IMG/VR virus record: IMGVR_UViG_3300009149_000023
Location: 1-64,000 of that record
Strand: one strand, 5' to 3'
Source: a virus
Length of the DNA: 64,000 bases
In this document: positions 57,914 through 64,000 of the stretch, piece by piece
How the letters are laid out: the number at the start of each line of letters is the position of its first letter
Position numbering within the stretch: position 1 is the stretch's first letter
Position numbers and translations under genes: made by a program
The notes under the pieces: model-generated
Told to the model about the DNA's origin: nothing
The model's database searches: none
What the model saw: the letters and a program-made list of their open reading frames with translations, nothing else

Positions 57914-59136
57914 TGAAAGTACCACAAGCGCCTTTTGTAGGAGCACCTGTATATGGTTTACCTCCTATGTCTTGGGAGATTCTAGATACCAAGTGGGAGA
58001 AAGTAGTACTGAATGGATTTTTCATAGTTAAAATAACCCCTGTAAAGATAGACATCAAGTGGGACGACGATAAAGCTTCTGGTGTTTTAACGCCACGTGC
58101 TGTAACTACTAAACCACATGATGAAATTCTAGGCAAAATATCAAGCGACTTAGGTGTATCTGGTTCTTCTTTTTATTTCGCAACACAAGCTAGAAGTTTA
58201 ATGGAAACTATGGAAAATAACTTTGGAGAAAGTTTTTACCAACAAGCAGCAGATGCAGGTTCTACTATGGGAACATATTTTAGCCAGTTTAGGCAACTTC
58301 ATGGAGGCACAGGAACAAAAGAGCAATTTAGCAAATTTGTAGGACAAATTGCAGACTCCGCTGGATCGAGTCTCCTCAAAAACATAGCATCAGGTCTTGT
58401 AACTGCAGCAGATAAGGCTATTAGTGGGATCGGAAAAGCAGGGGTTGGAGATATAGCAAATGTGCTGACAGGCGGGCGTGTTGATTTGCCTAGAGTATGG
58501 ACAGGGTCAAGTTGGAGTTTCGATAGCACGCTTAACTTTAAGTTTATAGCTCCCTCAGCTAACCAACAAGATGTAATTGATCATGTTGTAACGCCCATCC
58601 ATATCTTAAAGTATTTAGCAGCTGCTATTTCAAGAGATGGTGGTTTGATTTACAATGAGCCTCCTTTCCTAGAAGTAGAAATCCCTTTCCTTTATTATAA
58701 CCCAACATGCGGTTTTCGTTCTTTAAATATAGAGCATGGCGGTGATAATGGTACCTTTAGTTTTGATCAATTGCCTTTAATAACAAATGCATCAGTGCAA
58801 TTTGAATCATTGAGACTTGTGCAACCTACTTTAATAGATAAAGACCCACGTGGTTCTTACGATATATCTACTAAAAAGTCATTTGCTTATAGTTCAGGGA
58901 AAGGCACAGCTGGCGGTAATGGTACATTACGTCCAGGAAGAAAAGCAGAAAACTTAAATGATGTTTTCCAGGACCCTAGTACTAGCTCATCCGCAGGAAA
59001 GCGCTCTGCTCCTGAAGGCGCTGACACTGAACCTCAAAATATTGCTAACTTTGCAGCACCTAATATAAGTAAACCAAGTGCTAATCAAACTATTGCTGCG
59101 CAGAGAGACGTTGCTGACAAATTGAAAGGTTTCTAA
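57913..59136 (+). CDS. Putative tail-tube initiator/baseplate cap (gp48/gp54-like)
   Basis: LPRVWTGSSWSFDSTLNFKF...PPFLEVEIP...LPLITNASVQFESL tube-fold pattern; precedes the tape measure. Confidence 0.55.
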   Translation: MKVPQAPFVGAPVYGLPPMSWEILDTKWEKVVLNGFFIVKITPVKIDIKWDDDKASGVLTPRAVTTKPHDEILGKISSDLGVSGSSFYFATQARSLMETMENNFGESFYQQAADAGSTMGTYFSQFRQLHGGTGTKEQFSKFVGQIADSAGSSLLKNIASGLVTAADKAISGIGKAGVGDIANVLTGGRVDLPRVWTGSSWSFDSTLNFKFIAPSANQQDVIDHVVTPIHILKYLAAAISRDGGLIYNEPPFLEVEIPFLYYNPTCGFRSLNIEHGGDNGTFSFDQLPLITNASVQFESLRLVQPTLIDKDPRGSYDISTKKSFAYSSGKGTAGGNGTLRPGRKAENLNDVFQDPSTSSSAGKRSAPEGADTEPQNIANFAAPNISKPSANQTIAAQRDVADKLKGF

Positions 59137-59147
59137 GGAGATAAAGT

Positions 59148-62100
59148 ATGAATGATAAAGATCTAATTATTCTACAAGGTTTGCTTGAAGAACTAAGAAC
59201 GCAGACCCGTACGGAAATTGCTCAAAAAGTAGAAACTCTTCTTGTTGAAGCTAACAAAGATTCCTTTACCAAAAAAGACGTAAATGAATTAAAGAAAGTA
59301 CTTAAAGATATTGAGAAGTCTGCTGATATAGGTAATGCTGACTTAGCTGAAACAGTTACCGACGTAAAGCGGGTCCTTGAGAAAAGTTCCCCTAAACTTG
59401 ATACATTAAATAAAACAGTTAGAGGCACAACAGGCGCAATTGATAAGTCTTCTAGAAGTATATCAGGCGCAGTAAAAGAATCAGCTCGAGAGTCTGCAGG
59501 ATTAATATCAACTCCTATTAGACTACTAGACAAGACAATGAAGATGTCTGCTAATGCAGTTAGTTCTTTAGCTTTAGCTTCTACCTCTACTGTCAGAGGA
59601 GCTAATGCAAGATTAGGTGTAAGAATAGGATCCGACTTAACTAGACTTAGAGAAAGCCTTTTAGAAAGAGATGACTTCCATAGAGATAGCGAAGAGACTT
59701 TAGTTGAAAGCATAGCTTTTGCTATTCCTTATAGACTTAAACAGTTAGCTGAGATAAGTGGAAACTTTGCTTCGTCCTTTGCTGGAAAGATGACGGATGC
59801 CTTTTCAACAGGCACTGGGATACAGTTTGGTACTTTAATTGATGAAGTAAAGAAGATAAACCCTGTATTGACGGGATTAGGTAAACTTGTAGGCGCAGTG
59901 TTTTCTCCTATAGGATCACTATTTAAGTTACTACACGGTGTACTGTCTTCCACCTTTAAGAAAACATTCAGTTACTTAATTTCTGGTATTGGAGGTTTAT
60001 TTTCTCCTATTACTAATAGATTCACTAAAGAGGGAAGAGAAAAGCTAGACGAGTACGCATTTCAGCATAAGCAGATGCGCACACTAGAAAAGATTGAAGC
60101 TAATACTAAAGAAGCAGCTAAAGGAAAAGGCGGCAGTATACTAAGTGCGCCTTTTAGAATGATTAGGTGGTTAGCTAAACTTCCTTTAAATATGATTACA
60201 GGCGGGCTAGCTACTTTAGCTAATCCTGCTGCTTTAATAAGCTTACTTGCTAAGTCTTTAGGTTTCCTAGCTGTAGGCGGTTTAGGCGCAGCTGTACTAT
60301 TACCTCCACAACAAAGACGACAAGTTGCAGCAGCTATGTTTAAATATCTGCCTAGTGCTATTAAACCAGGCTTCCTTAAAGCTTTCGGTGCAGCAGGCGC
60401 AGGTTTATTTGGAGATCAAGATGTAAATGATTGGGAGAAGGACGCTGCAGAAGATGCTAAGACTAGTGATAGACAAAAAATTACTGATGCATATTATGAA
60501 AAAATGCTTGATGGAATTGGTAATGTTAAATCAGGTGTAGGCTCACTAAAAGATAAGATGGCAAAGCCTTTAGGTACCATCGCAGACTATAGTAAACGAG
60601 GCGCTAAGAATACACAAGACATGGCACTGGACCTTTCTACCTCTTTTAAGAAAGGTGGTGTGTTCGGTGTATTAGGCTTCCTTGCTAAACAATGGCTTAA
60701 ATTTGAATTCTTTAAGATAGGTTTAGCTTTAAAAGGATTAGTATGGTTAATGAATCCTTTTAGATGGGTTAAGGTGTTTACTAAAACACTAGCTGGAGCG
60801 CTAACAAGTGTTACTAGAGGCATTGGTGGTATGCTAGGCAATGCTTTTAAGAAAACTACGGATCTTGTACTGTGGCCCTTCAAGAAAGCACTCGCTATAC
60901 CTAAAGCGCTAGGTAAAGGTATCTTAGGTATGTTCGGAGTTAAGTTTGACAAAGATATGGAAAAGAAGAAACAATCTTTGTTTGGCAAGTTATTCTCTTT
61001 CGGTAAGAAAGAAGAAGAAAAGAAGAAAGGCTTCTGGGGAAGTCTATTTCCTGATAAGAAAAAAGAGAAAGAAAATATCATAGGAACTATCACTACTAAA
61101 GGGAAAGAGTTTTGGAATAAGTTCTTCCCTGGTAAAAAAGAAGTTGAGAAACAGAAACAAGGCTTGTTCGGTACTTTACTTGGCAAAGGTAAAAAATTAT
61201 GGGATGATTTCTTTCCTGATAAGAAAGAAGCTGCAAAGAAGAAAGATGATCTATTCGGTACTATATTTAGTAAAGGAAAGGATTTATTCAAAGGCCTCTT
61301 TGCTGACAAGAAGGGTGCTGCTGAAAAAGTTGTAAAGCAGCAAACTGCTGCGGGGAAAACATCTGCAGCTACTGGTACAATAGAGCCTCCTAAAAAGAAC
61401 ACTAGCAAAGTGATGAGTTACAAAGAGTGGCAGGCTTTATCGAAAAAAGAACAAGATCTATCTAACGATTTTAGTGGCCAAACGTCTCACCTAACTGCAG
61501 AGAAAGTTACAGGCACAATAAAGCTGCCTGAAAAGAAAACACTTAAGCAGAAGGCGCAAGAAAAGCTTAACTCAGTAAAACAATCATGGGAAAACTTTTA
61601 TAAAAGTAATGAAGAAGCGGTTGAACAAACAACAGCTACCGTAGATGATTTAAACGCAAAGCAAGAGACTAAGTCTAAGAAACTATTTAATGTTTTTAAG
61701 ACAAATCTTGCTAAGCTATCTGGTGGCATGTTTGACTTTTGGAATTTTGCACAAGACGGGCAAGGTAACATAATAGACAAAGTAATACTAAGTTCTGATA
61801 AACATCTTGAACAAGCAAATAAAGCAAATAAACAAGCTGAAGAACTTTTAAGCACAATAGATGTTGACCTTTCTCAATTTCAAGTATCTCAAGAAAAGTT
61901 AACAACACAGGCTGAAGAGCAGACTGGAACTATAACGGATAGCATCTGGAAGTTTGCTAGAAAAGGATTAGAGCAAGCTGATGGTTTAAGAAAGAAGTTG
62001 CTTGGACAAGAAACCAGAATACTAGAAATTGATGGTGAGCAAGTTGCAGCGGCTTCTGAAGAAAGAAAGAAATCCCTTGAAGAAATTGTCATGGGTTCGG

Positions 62101-63896
62101 AAAAGAATTTAGGAAGTAAAATAGACTTAATAGCTGCCGGCAAAGGTTTCTTAACAGGAACAGCTGTTACGGGTAGCCCTGTACTTGGTTTAATAAATGC
62201 AATTAGATCGAGTCAAAAATCTTCAGCAGGAGACATAACAACTTCCGTAGGAGCATTAGAGCAACGTATGATGACTGCTAATGATTTACTACAGGGTATA
62301 TTAGGAGCTATTAGAGAGTCAGGTAGTGTAAGTGTTGCTGATAAAGCAGTAGCAGACTTCGCTAATGCAACTTCTTGGAACTTAATAGAAAAGCTTGATG
62401 AGGCTGTAGTTCCTGAAGTTAAGGAAGTTGCAGAAAAGAAAGAACCTTCTAAGATAGAAGCATTAGGTGCACTGTCTCCTGCCGAAGAAAAGAAAGAGGC
62501 AACTACATTTGCTGCTACCGTAAGTGCAAGTGAAAGTCTTAAAGCAATTAGAAGTGCTTTGTTAGGAGAAGGAGAAGCAGGCAAAGGTATAGTTGGCATG
62601 TTAGGAGGGTTATTCCATCGCAAGGATAAAGAGGAATCTTCCGGTCTTCTTGGAGGCTTATTAGCAGGCGTAACAAACGCTGTTTCTGGATTAACCTCTA
62701 CTTTTACCGGTGCTGTTGCCGGAGGTCTTTCCGGGCTACTTGCAGGGCTTCTTCCGTGGGTTACAGGTACAGCACTTCCTGCTATAATGGGTGTCCTTAC
62801 AGGAGCAGCTACAATGGCTCTTATTACAGCTGCAGTGGTCCTGGCTCTAAAAATCGGTACTGACTTAGGTACTGCTTTGCGAAAGATGCGAGAGTATAGT
62901 AGAGTCTTGAAAGAAGAAGAATTTAATGTTGACCAAAAAAGAGGTATTTTAGAACTTGCTCAAGATATACAGTCTGGTAAAAAACAATTTGCATCTGAGA
63001 AAGAAAAAAGGGATGCAACTGCTAGTATAGTATTCTCAGCACAAGAAGCGCTTAAAACACAGAAAGAGGCTCAGGAAAAACTTGCGAGTATGCAACAAGA
63101 CTACTCAAAAATGGGTTTCTTAGAAAAAAAGAAACAGGCAGTAGCAATGGCTGGACTACAAGCTAGAGTAGACTCAATGAAAACAGAAGGTAAAATGTCT
63201 GAGCAAGCAATTGCACTGTTAACAGCGCCTAAGGAGCATCTTGAAAAACTGGGGATTAAGTATGCAAAGAACGTACAAACACCAGAATCAATACTTGAAG
63301 CGAATAAGTCGTATACACAATTTATGCAAAACAAGAAAGACGGTAAACAGCAGACAGATAGCTATTTCTCAACGTTTACTCCCGAGAAACTTGCGACTTA
63401 TGGGAAGGCAATTGAAGCACACAAAGCTGTAGCTGATCAGTATATTGCGAGCAAACCAGACTTTACACACTTAAAAAATCCTACAGGTATTCTTAATACA
63501 GGGGCTGACTTTAAGCCATTTAAGTCAGGAGAGGAAGAAGACAAATGGTGGAATGATGCCTACCTTGAAAGGATGAAGAAAAGAGAAGAAACTGGTATTA
63601 TTAAACAGGGGGCAGAAACTTGGGAAGCTCCTACATTTGAAGAAGAACGTATGGCAGCTGAAGAAGCAGCAAGACAAAAGAAAATGAAGGATGAAGAAAA
63701 GGGTAGAAATTCACTAGGAAAAGAACTTGCCGCAGGTGCAAAAACAACAGCTAGTACTTTAGCCGCAGCCTTTAACAGCTTTACACAGTCATCCTCTACA
63801 AGTTCAAATGTTTCTAATAATAGTAACGTTACACATAACAATCCAATTATGGCATATGACAATGACAGAGTCCGAGCACTTCATGGGAGAGGATAA
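59148..63896 (+). CDS. Tape measure protein
   Basis: 1582 aa, helical Gly/Ala/Lys-rich with hydrophobic stretches and periodic Phe/Trp; C-terminal SNVSNNSNVTHNNP. Confidence 0.8.
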   Translation: MNDKDLIILQGLLEELRTQTRTEIAQKVETLLVEANKDSFTKKDVNELKKVLKDIEKSADIGNADLAETVTDVKRVLEKSSPKLDTLNKTVRGTTGAIDKSSRSISGAVKESARESAGLISTPIRLLDKTMKMSANAVSSLALASTSTVRGANARLGVRIGSDLTRLRESLLERDDFHRDSEETLVESIAFAIPYRLKQLAEISGNFASSFAGKMTDAFSTGTGIQFGTLIDEVKKINPVLTGLGKLVGAVFSPIGSLFKLLHGVLSSTFKKTFSYLISGIGGLFSPITNRFTKEGREKLDEYAFQHKQMRTLEKIEANTKEAAKGKGGSILSAPFRMIRWLAKLPLNMITGGLATLANPAALISLLAKSLGFLAVGGLGAAVLLPPQQRRQVAAAMFKYLPSAIKPGFLKAFGAAGAGLFGDQDVNDWEKDAAEDAKTSDRQKITDAYYEKMLDGIGNVKSGVGSLKDKMAKPLGTIADYSKRGAKNTQDMALDLSTSFKKGGVFGVLGFLAKQWLKFEFFKIGLALKGLVWLMNPFRWVKVFTKTLAGALTSVTRGIGGMLGNAFKKTTDLVLWPFKKALAIPKALGKGILGMFGVKFDKDMEKKKQSLFGKLFSFGKKEEEKKKGFWGSLFPDKKKEKENIIGTITTKGKEFWNKFFPGKKEVEKQKQGLFGTLLGKGKKLWDDFFPDKKEAAKKKDDLFGTIFSKGKDLFKGLFADKKGAAEKVVKQQTAAGKTSAATGTIEPPKKNTSKVMSYKEWQALSKKEQDLSNDFSGQTSHLTAEKVTGTIKLPEKKTLKQKAQEKLNSVKQSWENFYKSNEEAVEQTTATVDDLNAKQETKSKKLFNVFKTNLAKLSGGMFDFWNFAQDGQGNIIDKVILSSDKHLEQANKANKQAEELLSTIDVDLSQFQVSQEKLTTQAEEQTGTITDSIWKFARKGLEQADGLRKKLLGQETRILEIDGEQVAAASEERKKSLEEIVMGSEKNLGSKIDLIAAGKGFLTGTAVTGSPVLGLINAIRSSQKSSAGDITTSVGALEQRMMTANDLLQGILGAIRESGSVSVADKAVADFANATSWNLIEKLDEAVVPEVKEVAEKKEPSKIEALGALSPAEEKKEATTFAATVSASESLKAIRSALLGEGEAGKGIVGMLGGLFHRKDKEESSGLLGGLLAGVTNAVSGLTSTFTGAVAGGLSGLLAGLLPWVTGTALPAIMGVLTGAATMALITAAVVLALKIGTDLGTALRKMREYSRVLKEEEFNVDQKRGILELAQDIQSGKKQFASEKEKRDATASIVFSAQEALKTQKEAQEKLASMQQDYSKMGFLEKKKQAVAMAGLQARVDSMKTEGKMSEQAIALLTAPKEHLEKLGIKYAKNVQTPESILEANKSYTQFMQNKKDGKQQTDSYFSTFTPEKLATYGKAIEAHKAVADQYIASKPDFTHLKNPTGILNTGADFKPFKSGEEEDKWWNDAYLERMKKREETGIIKQGAETWEAPTFEEERMAAEEAARQKKMKDEEKGRNSLGKELAAGAKTTASTLAAAFNSFTQSSSTSSNVSNNSNVTHNNPIMAYDNDRVRALHGRG

Positions 63897-64000
63897 TGAG
63901 CACTGGATCTTTAGTTAGGCACTATTATCAATACTTAGAAGAATACATTACTATGACGCATAGTACGTATAGTAAAAGCGGCAATGCGGTTTATTGTGAT
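63896..64000 (+). CDS. Start of a further gene, truncated by the window end
   Basis: TAATG overlap, RBS GGAGAGG; MSTGSLVRHYYQYLEEYITMTHSTYSKSGNAVYCD open to the end. Confidence 0.55.
   Translation, partial: MSTGSLVRHYYQYLEEYITMTHSTYSKSGNAVYCD

Noticed and set aside
5438-63862. Numerous antisense and alternate-frame ORFs in the track (e.g. 5438+, 6989+, 44432-, 51454-, 60587-)
   Set aside because: They lie within longer genes with recognisable motifs, lack RBSs and have the Ser/Phe/Leu-rich composition of shadow ORFs
732-63896. Genome-wide reassignment of TAA (or TAG/TGA)
   Set aside because: Most genes, including capsid, RNAP beta and terminase, end in TAA followed at once by the next RBS; TAG and TGA also terminate genes; coding density is already high under the standard code
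1-64000. tRNA or other structured RNA genes
   Set aside because: Intergenic gaps are short, and I found no T-loop/D-loop cloverleaf signatures; small ncRNAs cannot be excluded by eye

Overview
AT-rich segment of a large (jumbo-type) myovirus genome, densely coding, with one divergent strand switch near 16,750 (all credible genes to the left are on -, all to the right on +). It carries a T4-like morphogenesis set: portal gp20, prohead protease gp21, scaffold, major capsid gp23, large terminase, neck gp13-like, baseplate gp5/gp53/gp26/gp51-like, tape measure and three His-repeat tail fibres. It also carries an unsplit two-subunit multisubunit RNA polymerase (beta-prime then beta) of apparent virion-RNAP type, a protein I recognise from memory as resembling the AR9 gp226 sigma-like promoter-specificity subunit, and a repeated intergenic motif AAACACAACAA(T/G) lying sense upstream of six transcription units (candidate phage-RNAP promoter). 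Two genes contain a single in-frame TAA with clearly coding sequence beyond it: SpeD followed by an HTH domain, and the second tail fibre. Accessory genes include a STAS anti-anti-sigma factor, a Cas4-like nuclease, an apparently inactive lytic transglycosylase, a HAD nucleotidase, a signal-peptide-bearing beta-helix protein and several membrane-segment proteins with prohead-protease-like LxE sites. I saw no tRNA, CRISPR array or mobile element. All homology calls are by-eye motif recognition, not database searches.
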